Shown: positions 25,980-32,824 of the stretch, in pieces
Position numbering within the stretch: position 1 is the stretch's first letter
Layout: each line of letters begins with the position of its first letter
Notes under the pieces: generated by a model
Told to the model about the DNA's origin: nothing
Databases searched by the model: none
The model's input: only the letters and a program-made list of their open reading frames with translations
Program-made: the position numbers and the translations under genes
From: a virus
Lineage: Duplodnaviria; Caudoviricetes
Virus record (IMG/VR): IMGVR_UViG_3300025391_000257
Coordinates: 1 to 32,824 of that record
DNA length: 32,824 bases
Reading direction: 5' to 3' (one strand)

Positions 25980-26008
25980 AGTATACGCTAACTTTATCTA
26001 AAGGTCAA
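25980..26008 (-). promoter_or_regulatory. sigma70-type promoter of the exonuclease gene
   Basis: TTGACC-17 nt-TATACT, ending 8 nt before the ATG. Confidence 0.7.
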
Positions 26009-26317
26009 CTACGCGAACTCTCGATCTGTGGCTGCCATCGCCATTTTTGTTATATCATCTTCGCCATTATCTTGCCCCTGACCTTTTGGTTCTTGTTTAT
26101 TGTTAGTATTAAGAACTATACCTTGGTCGTTAAAACGGGTAACAAGTTGTTTAAGGATTGGATCGCTGTCCCAACGTGCTTTGAATCGATTATAGTCGAT
26201 TGGGATACCAGCATTTTGAAGTTCTTCCCAAGTTTCAACTTCTTCTTGGTCAGTATTATTGGCTGCAGATTGCATAACCTGCAGCCTTTGAATTAACGGA
26301 TCTATTGTTTCAATTAT
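26009..26317 (-). CDS. Orphan reading frame, probably the -1 frameshift extension of 26314..27351
   Basis: Frame is open from the A10 run: IIETIDPLIQRLQV-MQSAANN...DREFA. The internal ATG at 26275 sits in a hairpin loop. Confidence 0.65.
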   Translation of the reverse strand: MIETIDPLIQRLQVMQSAANNTDQEEVETWEELQNAGIPIDYNRFKARWDSDPILKQLVTRFNDQGIVLNTNNKQEPKGQGQDNGEDDITKMAMAATDREFA

Positions 26318-27351
26318 TTTTTTTTTGATTGAGCTAAAAGGATGCCTAACTTGCGGCTGTATTCAACGCCTTCACGCTTCATACGACCGGCAGCTTCTGG
26401 GCCTGCTCCGCCTGCTTCAGCACCCATCTCTGGTGCTTCTTCTTCACCGCCTGGCATTGGAGGCATACCGCCTTCAGCACCCATAGCTGGAGCTTCTTCT
26501 GCACCGGGTACTGGAGGCATACCGCCTGTGTCAGCACCCATTGTAGGAGCTTCGCCACCTGATACTACAGATAGTCCAGCTGATAGTCCTTGACGACTTG
26601 ATTCTAATGCTGAATAAACTTGTTCTAGTGCTGGTTTGACTGATTGCTCGTACTTGCTAGCAACGTCACTGCCTAGTGTTTCTCTTATAGAGTCTAATAA
26701 TTCTAAAAGGTGTTCAGCTTTTAGCTGAGCAACGTCTTCTAGCCAGCCTGTAATTTGGTCGACCATGTCTTTAGTTGCCATAATTACTGATGCTTTTTGT
26801 TCTTCGCCTTCTTTCAAGTAAACGATATAGTTAGCCTGACTTTCTGATAGGTCATAACGTGTGGTTAATTCTGCGGCCAATTCTTCTTCATCTGATTCGC
26901 CTAATTTGATACGACTGATTGCTGATTCGATCCACTTAGTTGGAACTGAATGCTCACGTGCCTTTTTAACCATTAATGCTAAACTTACACTTTCCATTTT
27001 CTTTTTCTTATCCTTTGCGGCCTTCTTCATGGCTTCTTTCTTATTACCATCTTTATCTAGATCTAGGAAATCTGGTTTTGCGCCTTCATACATGCCTTCT
27101 TCACGCTCTAAGATGTGTTGATTAATAACATCTAATAAAGCGCGAGTCTTTTGATATTTTGGATTTGAACTGATGTTATCGAAACTTTCACTAACTTCGA
27201 ATTGGCTCATTTCAGTACGTAGTTTATTACGTACATCTTCTAACTGGGCATCACTAAACTGTTCTAAATTTAGTTTGTAGCCAAACTGTTTAGCTAGGCT
27301 TTCATTAAGCTTCTTAGCTGTGATTGGTTTTGATAGTTCTCTAATTTGCAT
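26314..27351 (-). CDS. Putative prohead core/scaffold-like protein
   Basis: TATAAATA upstream; start MQIREL at 27351; acidic and helical; KPDFLDLDKDGNKKE motif; PG/E-rich linker; ends SKKK. Confidence 0.65.
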   Translation of the reverse strand: MQIRELSKPITAKKLNESLAKQFGYKLNLEQFSDAQLEDVRNKLRTEMSQFEVSESFDNISSNPKYQKTRALLDVINQHILEREEGMYEGAKPDFLDLDKDGNKKEAMKKAAKDKKKKMESVSLALMVKKAREHSVPTKWIESAISRIKLGESDEEELAAELTTRYDLSESQANYIVYLKEGEEQKASVIMATKDMVDQITGWLEDVAQLKAEHLLELLDSIRETLGSDVASKYEQSVKPALEQVYSALESSRQGLSAGLSVVSGGEAPTMGADTGGMPPVPGAEEAPAMGAEGGMPPMPGGEEEAPEMGAEAGGAGPEAAGRMKREGVEYSRKLGILLAQSKKK

Positions 27352-27383
27352 GATGGTTTCCCTAAAGCGTTTCTTATTACTAT

Positions 27384-27842
27384 TTATACAAAACTCCACT
27401 TAAACATAGTGGAAATCTTTTCCTGGAAATGTTCAGCGAGGAATTTGCTGTGTTCTAGTTTGTTCAACAGAACCAAATACCTGTCGTAATCTTTGGCTGT
27501 TTTGATGTTCTTACTGTATATCATAGTATCAGAATAATAAGCCCAGTACCTAGTGTCTAATCTTTTAATCTCTATGAATTTTTCTATGCTAGATTTACTA
27601 TACTCCTTAGCCGCCATGATTGCGCAGGTTTTTAAGTAAAATTGCTCGATCACATCTTTGTTACGAATATCGTAAATAGCCCAGTTTTCGTGGTCGTTTT
27701 GTTTGATATAGTAGTTCTTATAGACAATTGACCCGTCTGGTTGTACACTTATTGGTAATGATTTTTTAAGATCTGCTTCAAAGTGCGTTACTAGTTCTTT
27801 GACTATCTTGGGATTAGGTTTTTTAGTTTTGGTTTTTTTCAT
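27384..27842 (-). CDS. Hypothetical phage protein
   Basis: 152-aa ORF that overlaps the upstream gene. Confidence 0.8.
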   Translation of the reverse strand: MKKTKTKKPNPKIVKELVTHFEADLKKSLPISVQPDGSIVYKNYYIKQNDHENWAIYDIRNKDVIEQFYLKTCAIMAAKEYSKSSIEKFIEIKRLDTRYWAYYSDTMIYSKNIKTAKDYDRYLVLLNKLEHSKFLAEHFQEKISTMFKWSFV

Positions 27843-28032
27843 TTGCGACTACGATAGGATCTTTGTGTCCTATCTTAGTTACCAAACTCTTGCGTATAAG
27901 GTAGGCAATCCTGACTTGATCATGCTCACTTAGACTGCTTAACTTCCTAGGTTGTTTTAACTTCTTAAGAATGTCTTCTTCTTCGTTAGTAGTCCAGATG
28001 TCAAACTGACTGATTAGTTCATTGATTCTCAT
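27823..28032 (-). CDS. Small hypothetical protein
   Basis: Start MRINELI at 28032, ATGA-coupled to the upstream stop. Confidence 0.8.
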   Translation of the reverse strand: MRINELISQFDIWTTNEEEDILKKLKQPRKLSSLSEHDQVRIAYLIRKSLVTKIGHKDPIVVANEKNQN

Positions 28033-28772
28033 TTTATACCAGCAATGGTTAACCACTTGTATAATTCGTCGGTTTCTTTTAGTTTTTTGCCATTGATAGG
28101 GCTACGAGCGTTAGGTCCACGATCGCCACGTTGCGCACGTTCAAATTCTTTATCTTTAACATCATTGATAAAGTTGTCTGTAGCATCACCGCCAACATCT
28201 CCACCACCTTGAGCAATAGTGTCTTTATGCTTTTTACCTTCTTCCACATCCTCTCGAGTAAGATGATACGTGTGTCCTGTGATTGCTTGATATGCCTGTG
28301 GCCCAACTCTCCATTGGTGTCCTGTGTTGAGTGCTAGATGCATCTGTCCATCTTTACCTTTAATATAGCCTATTCTATTCATAGAGTTAGCAGGGTCTTG
28401 GATATAAGCAGGATCAATTTCTCTACCTGTTTTAGTAACACTTAGGCCATCACCGTCTGACATCATAGTACCGATTAATGGTGCAGGATCTTGTTTGACA
28501 AATAAGGTGTTTGTACCATCAGGTGGCGGAATCTGACGAGCTCCTTCTGCACCTGGAGCAGGCTGACCTGGAGCAGGCAGTTCTTCTTGGGTCATTGAAA
28601 TCTGCGTGCCAGTTGGGGGCATTTTAATGGCAGGTTTGCCGTCTGCTCCAACTGTTAGCTGAGTCGCATTAACAGTTTTACCGTTATCCATGGTAACATC
28701 TCCAGAATTAGGATCAGTTTTTGTAATGGTACCCATTATTGCTTCATTAGCGATTATGTCTTTAATTTTCAT
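28029..28772 (-). CDS. Hypothetical protein, probably head-associated
   Basis: MKIKDIIANE start; C-terminal ELYKWLTIAGIK; GGAG RBS. Confidence 0.75.
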   Translation of the reverse strand: MKIKDIIANEAIMGTITKTDPNSGDVTMDNGKTVNATQLTVGADGKPAIKMPPTGTQISMTQEELPAPGQPAPGAEGARQIPPPDGTNTLFVKQDPAPLIGTMMSDGDGLSVTKTGREIDPAYIQDPANSMNRIGYIKGKDGQMHLALNTGHQWRVGPQAYQAITGHTYHLTREDVEEGKKHKDTIAQGGGDVGGDATDNFINDVKDKEFERAQRGDRGPNARSPINGKKLKETDELYKWLTIAGIK

Positions 28773-29463
28773 TGTGTTCTCCGAGGCTTAGTTCTGCACT
28801 CTCTAGTTTTGTTATGTATTTACGCAATTTTTCAATTTGTCCGCGGGCTCTGAGTAGCTTGAACGCTAGGTTTTCTACGCTTTGCTCACCGCCTGTTTCT
28901 AGTCCTGCTTTGCGTAGACGTTTTAGATCATCCATAGTTTCTTTGGCTAGATCTAAATCGCCACTGCGTAGAGCAGTATTGATCTTATGTGCATAACTGC
29001 GGGCTTTGCTCTTGATATCTTTAGGTGGCGTGATTGGTTCTTTGTGTTCGGGCTCGGTAATCCACTTATTACGTTTTATACTATAAATTCCTGCACTAAC
29101 ATGTTTTTGGTCTGCTGGTTGTACATACAGCTCTACAGGGATACCTTTAATTTTGACTTTATATGTAGAATTATATTGATTCTTTTTGGCTGAATATAGT
29201 TCTTCGTCTTCAGGTGACGCTGTTTTTACAATTATATGTAGATCTATATCGCTGTGGTCGCTGTAATTATATCCGGCACTGCTTCCACTCAAGGTAATAT
29301 CTACAACAGGTATATCGTCTAGATTAAGATAATCAATAAAATGATTGGCTATTTTAAGTAACTGTATTCGTACTTGAGGGATCATCATGTTATCTTCCCA
29401 TAGATTGGGATTAAGATGGTGATGATGCGGGTTAGGGTCTATGGATAGTTCTTGAATCTGCAT
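28762..29463 (-). CDS. Pol-beta-superfamily nucleotidyltransferase
   Basis: DITLSGSSAGYNY...SDIDLHIIV (GS plus DxD) and a third acidic residue in PVELYVQ. Confidence 0.8.
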   Translation of the reverse strand: MQIQELSIDPNPHHHHLNPNLWEDNMMIPQVRIQLLKIANHFIDYLNLDDIPVVDITLSGSSAGYNYSDHSDIDLHIIVKTASPEDEELYSAKKNQYNSTYKVKIKGIPVELYVQPADQKHVSAGIYSIKRNKWITEPEHKEPITPPKDIKSKARSYAHKINTALRSGDLDLAKETMDDLKRLRKAGLETGGEQSVENLAFKLLRARGQIEKLRKYITKLESAELSLGEHNEN

Positions 29464-29479
29464 TCAGTATTTAACTGAA

Positions 29480-29887
29480 TTACAGGCCTAGGAACTTTAA
29501 TATGCTAGGTAAATTTGCAGCCTGTATCCAACCTGTGCCAGCTAGAAATGCTAGCCCTGCCATACCGTACATTACAAATTTATTTTTAACTGTTTGTAGT
29601 TCTTTGATTTTGCCAGCTAGTTCATCATGCTGTGCTGTTTGTTGTTCATTCAATTTGTTAGCATGCTCGTAATAATTTGCGGCATTTTCACGATATTCAT
29701 CAGTCATTTTGTCTAACTGTTCTAACACGCGATCACGTGTCTGATCTAAACAGTCATGCATGTCCTTGACATCTGATTTAAGGTCGTCAATCTTTTCTTC
29801 AATCTGATGTACTTTGGTTTCAACTACGGCTACACGTTCAGGTAATGTGGCCAGTTGTGATACTGCTTCTGTTGCTGTTCGGGCCAT
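29480..29887 (-). CDS. Coiled-coil protein with C-terminal TM (holin-like architecture)
   Basis: Long heptad region, then FVMYGMAGLAFLAGTGWI; start probably ATG 29887. Confidence 0.65.
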   Translation of the reverse strand: MARTATEAVSQLATLPERVAVVETKVHQIEEKIDDLKSDVKDMHDCLDQTRDRVLEQLDKMTDEYRENAANYYEHANKLNEQQTAQHDELAGKIKELQTVKNKFVMYGMAGLAFLAGTGWIQAANLPSILKFLGL

Positions 29888-29993
29888 CTCCAGGCTCTCC
29901 AATGTTATAAGTCTTGTGCTCGCTCCGAGCCGGGCCTATTCTATGATTGGTTGTGATTTAAAGTGCCTAGATAATGATAATTTGCCTACAACT

Positions 29994-30395
29994 TTATTTA
30001 GCGAAGAAACTAATATTTTTGCCCGGGTCTTCGGTGTTGAATACTGCGTAGTTTTGTGTCATTGCTTCGTCAAGTCCGCTGATATAAGGCACTAGCATAA
30101 AGTCATCTTTAAGAAATCCAACGGGATCTCCATTGTTCTCATATAAAAAATCACGATCGGTGTTGAAATCAAAACGCCAAACGCGGATGATATCATCTGT
30201 GTCAAACCCTACTAGTTTGCCTCGAACTTCGATTACTTCTGGACCTAGCACATAGGTAACATTGGCACGTATTCCTAATGTTTGCAGAACTGTTTGAAAG
30301 TTTTGTTCTTTCCAACGCAGATGTTCTTTGCCGGGCTCTGAACGATGTTGCCGAGTATGGGTAATGTCAACTAAGGTGTATAATTTATATTCCAT
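29994..30395 (-). CDS. Hypothetical phage protein
   Basis: LYTLVDIT...EQNFQTVLQTLGIRAN...VWRFDF...VPYISGLDE; TAAATA 4 nt before the ATG. Confidence 0.8.
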   Translation of the reverse strand: MEYKLYTLVDITHTRQHRSEPGKEHLRWKEQNFQTVLQTLGIRANVTYVLGPEVIEVRGKLVGFDTDDIIRVWRFDFNTDRDFLYENNGDPVGFLKDDFMLVPYISGLDEAMTQNYAVFNTEDPGKNISFFAK

Positions 30396-30413
30396 TCTAT
30401 ATTTAACAGCCGT

Positions 30414-30442
30414 AAAAAAGCCTCACTATAAAAGTGAGGCTT
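30414..30442 (-). terminator. Rho-independent terminator
   Basis: AAGCCTCACT-TTTAT-AGTGAGGCTT followed by TTTT. Confidence 0.85.
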
Positions 30443-30487
30443 AGTCTTCCCATAATACAGAGCAAGCTCTGTAGTCCCGAACAGGAA

Positions 30488-31012
30488 TTAACTATAAGTT
30501 ACTGAACCAGCGATTGAACTACCTGTAGCTGACAATTGAGTAATTGTACAGTTAGTGATACCGTTGTTTGTTAAACTTGTTACTAAAGCACCAAATGTAG
30601 CTAGAACTGGGTAAGCTGTATTGAATACTTCAACGTTGCTGTTTGCGGCAGCTGAGTTAGCTGTGTCAATAGCAACTGCAATAACGAAAGCTGAGTTAGA
30701 ACCTGAAGTTGCTGGTGAACCAACAAAATAAACTTCAGCAAACTGTTGAATTGTACGAACTGCAACAGAGAATGGGCTGTTTGAATCTTGCCATGGTTGA
30801 GCTAACGCATCTGTATATGAAACACCTTGGATGGTTGTGTTATCAGCGTCTGTACCTGGAGCGGCTGTGAAGTCAACTCCGCTTGCTGAAACAACTTTCA
30901 AAAATGCTAAGTTACGTGTTGCGAAGTTACTAAATGTAATTCCGCCGTATGTGTCTTGTGATGTCATACGACCGTAGTTGGCCGCGACGTATGTACCTAA
31001 TAATGATGGCAT
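30488..31012 (-). CDS. Probable abundant virion structural protein
   Basis: A/T/S/G-rich; own late promoter, AGGAG RBS and terminator. Confidence 0.7.
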   Translation of the reverse strand: MPSLLGTYVAANYGRMTSQDTYGGITFSNFATRNLAFLKVVSASGVDFTAAPGTDADNTTIQGVSYTDALAQPWQDSNSPFSVAVRTIQQFAEVYFVGSPATSGSNSAFVIAVAIDTANSAAANSNVEVFNTAYPVLATFGALVTSLTNNGITNCTITQLSATGSSIAGSVTYS

Positions 31013-31109
31013 AATATTTCTCCTAATCTACCATACTGTTCACACTCTGTGAACGACCTTCCTAAAAGGCCTTTGTATAATTATTTAGTATTTTGGATAA
31101 AAATAGGGC

Positions 31110-31529
31110 TCAAATGCCTATTTTAGCGGACATAGCTTTAAACCAATCGCCTGTACCTTCTTTTACTGCCTTTTTAGCTTGTCTATGTAGGAATTGGCTT
31201 TTGATATCTTCAGGAGCAAAGAACTCTTTAACTACTGCAATAGCATCAGATTCTTTAAAGTCTTTACAACTAAACACGTCTATGTAAGCACTACTTTCGG
31301 GCGCATCATTAAGATGCATGGTTATTGAACTAGTTTCAATTAGTTGTAGGCAACTATAGCCTTGTAGGTGAGGATCACCCTCTTTGAGAAACTTGATAAT
31401 AGGTTCCCCAACTGCTTTCATATCTATACGCTTGACTAGAGATTCAAGCATTTCTTTTATAACTTTGGGATCGCTGACGTTTTCATTACAGCCACCGCAA
31501 TCTAGGATTAAATGATAACCCCAGCTCAT
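31110..31529 (-). CDS. speD: S-adenosylmethionine decarboxylase proenzyme (small prokaryotic type)
   Basis: WGYHLILDC, GYSCLQLIETSSITMH (self-cleavage region) and YIDVFSCKDF. Confidence 0.88.
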   Translation of the reverse strand: MSWGYHLILDCGGCNENVSDPKVIKEMLESLVKRIDMKAVGEPIIKFLKEGDPHLQGYSCLQLIETSSITMHLNDAPESSAYIDVFSCKDFKESDAIAVVKEFFAPEDIKSQFLHRQAKKAVKEGTGDWFKAMSAKIGI

Positions 31530-31777
31530 TCTTTACTTTCTTGGATACGTTTGATTCCACGCTTGAATTTGGTGGGATCTGCGCCTTTAATGCTATTGAT
31601 AAAACGGCGTTCAAGCTCGGCGGCTGTTTCTACATCATAGTTTTCGCGAATCATTTCTAATAGATTAATAGCACTGGTGATGATATTACTACCTCGGCTT
31701 TCGATGACCAAGTCTGGATCTCTGCTTAATCCAATATCACTAATTTCTTGTAGAATACTACGGGTGCTTTTACGCAT
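31526..31777 (-). CDS. Small helical hypothetical phage protein
   Basis: 83-aa ORF, ATGA-coupled to speD; TAAATA upstream. Confidence 0.8.
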   Translation of the reverse strand: MRKSTRSILQEISDIGLSRDPDLVIESRGSNIITSAINLLEMIRENYDVETAAELERRFINSIKGADPTKFKRGIKRIQESKE

Positions 31778-31931
31778 AATGTTTCTCTGTTCAACTTATT
31801 TATTTGATTATACATGTGATTGTAATGAATATCAATAAGGTTGAAAAATATCATGGTTTATACTAATATGCTAAATACTCAGTAGAAACACTGAGTAACT
31901 ACTTAACACACACTTAACAAGGAGACACAAA

Positions 31932-32090
31932 ATGTCAAAACTATTACAAGGACTCAAAAAGTTCTTTAAACAAAGCCAAATGACAGGTTTAGAAGCTTAT
32001 ATCGTCAGTCACAACCCACAAAACGCCGCAGACGTAGATCGTTTGTCAAACGAATACACACAGAAATTTGTATGGGGCCGTGGACTATGA
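31932..32090 (+). CDS. Small protein (52 aa)
   Basis: AAGGAG RBS; MSKLLQGLKKFFKQSQMTGLEAYIVSHNPQNAADVDRLSNEYTQKFVWGRGL. Confidence 0.8.
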   Translation: MSKLLQGLKKFFKQSQMTGLEAYIVSHNPQNAADVDRLSNEYTQKFVWGRGL

Positions 32091-32188
32091 AAACTATCCA
32101 ACAATTTTTCGTTGATTTTTACGAAATCATCAAGGCTGTACAAACTGCCCGCGCTGAAGCTGTGCTCAAAGGACAACATTGGATATGA
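32087..32188 (+). CDS. Micro-ORF (33 aa)
   Basis: MKTIQQFFVDFYEIIKAVQTARAEAVLKGQHWI; ATGA overlaps at both ends. Confidence 0.7.
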   Translation: MKTIQQFFVDFYEIIKAVQTARAEAVLKGQHWI

Positions 32189-32283
32189 TTAGAACGCTTG
32201 AACAATTTGAAGCCAAATACGGACAACAGATTGCTGTAGTAGCCATTGTTGCTATTGTTACCTATTTGATCATAGCACAATGA
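32185..32283 (+). CDS. Micro-ORF (32 aa) with one TM helix
   Basis: MIRTLEQFEAKYGQQIAVVAIVAIVTYLIIAQ; ATGA overlaps at both ends; AAGGA upstream. Confidence 0.7.
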   Translation: MIRTLEQFEAKYGQQIAVVAIVAIVTYLIIAQ

Positions 32284-32357
32284 ATACATGGCAACCAATG
32301 ACCGACGAAGATGTCGAATGGGTAAACAACCCAACTAAAATGCCCACTAAGGCATAA
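32280..32357 (+). CDS. Micro-ORF (25 aa)
   Basis: MNTWQPMTDEDVEWVNNPTKMPTKA; ATGA-coupled to the previous ORF. Confidence 0.6.
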   Translation: MNTWQPMTDEDVEWVNNPTKMPTKA

Positions 32358-32404
32358 TTGTGCGCCGCAAGGCACACTAAATACACACAGATAGAGGAGG
32401 TTGT

Positions 32405-32821
32405 ATGACAACAAAGTTTTCACACGTCAAAGGTTCTGAAGTGGAGTTTAAAGGTGGCGGGTTACGCGACTTTTTCTTATACAAGGATCTTGGGGTAGCA
32501 GATGCTACCAACGGGCGTGTTCTAGCACACATCACCAAGGCCAACTTACCCCCAGAAAACTCAGGCGGCACAGGTTGGCACATTCACGTAGCTGAGTTCC
32601 AAATCGTTTATATGTTAAAAGGTTGGGCCAAGTTCATGTATGAAGACAAAATACACCTAGTTGAAGCAGGCGATTGCGTACAGCAACGTCCGGGTATCGT
32701 ACACTATTTGTACGACTACAGTCCAGACATGGAATACTTAGAAGTTATCATGCCCGCAGACTATGGCACTGAGCCAGCTGAAGGGCCCTGTGAAATACCA
32801 CCGCCAAGTGCTTGGGAATAA
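32405..32821 (+). CDS. Cupin-domain protein
   Basis: GWHIHVAEFQIVYMLKGW and AGDCVQQRPGIVH cupin motifs; GAGGAGG RBS; TAAATA upstream. Confidence 0.92.
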   Translation: MTTKFSHVKGSEVEFKGGGLRDFFLYKDLGVADATNGRVLAHITKANLPPENSGGTGWHIHVAEFQIVYMLKGWAKFMYEDKIHLVEAGDCVQQRPGIVHYLYDYSPDMEYLEVIMPADYGTEPAEGPCEIPPPSAWE

Positions 32822-32824
32822 TCA

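Noticed and set aside
26395-26560. Repeats GCACCCAT / GGCATACCGCCT
   Set aside because: They encode the low-complexity PxMGAE/GGMPP linker and are not an independent DNA element.
321-31287. Many plus-strand ORFs in the ORF track (e.g. 321-698, 1587-1889, 8012-8674, 16411-16734, 24885-25175)
   Set aside because: They are antisense shadows of well-supported minus-strand genes, with no RBS or recognisable motifs.
32359-32376. TGTGCGCCGCAAGGCACA as a terminator or a TGC-N3-GCA regulator box
   Set aside because: Short imperfect stem without a U-tract and only one occurrence noticed; too weak to call.
32119-32583. Minus-strand ORFs 32119-32334 and 32377-32583
   Set aside because: They are antisense to the coupled micro-ORF chain and the cupin gene.
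1-32824. tRNA, rRNA or alternative genetic code
   Set aside because: No cloverleaf or rRNA-like stretch was recognised in the few gaps, and conserved genes are full length in code 11 using all three stop codons.

Overview
A 32.8-kb segment of a large T4-like (jumbo-type) dsDNA phage genome, read in the standard genetic code. It is densely coding, with almost all genes on the minus strand and a strand switch at about 31.8 kb. The host-like genes (dnaK, iscU, iscA, pbpG-like) look proteobacterial, most likely betaproteobacterial (inference). Contents from left to right on the + strand coordinates: a curli/type VIII secretion-like module (FecR-domain protein, curlin-repeat protein, csgG, csgF); a bilin module (PcyX-type reductase plus heme oxygenase); proteostasis genes (clpS, hsp20, dnaK); a D-Ala-D-Ala peptidase; ribosomal protein bS21; a SleB-like hydrolase; iscA/iscU; a histone H1-like protein; a PAAR protein next to two tandem paralogs; glutaredoxin/nrdB/nrdA; a tail fibre; an exonuclease; putative head proteins; a nucleotidyltransferase; SAM decarboxylase and a cupin. 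A TAAATA late-promoter motif and consensus sigma70 promoters recur. The most notable signals not explained by the ORF list are: (1) two genes with the same TCA-AAA-AAA-AA(G/A) 'SKKK' slippery run, where a -1 shift opens a frame that exactly fills the downstream gap or fuses an orphan ORF, suggesting programmed recoding; (2) twin ROSE-like RNA thermometers on both hsp20 and dnaK; (3) leaderless-type transcripts; (4) a shared M-x-I-x-E/D-L N-terminal tag on putative head-packaged proteins; (5) structured leaders upstream of lysis-type genes; (6) an unannotated chain of four coupled micro-ORFs. All family calls come from motif recognition by eye; no database search was run.
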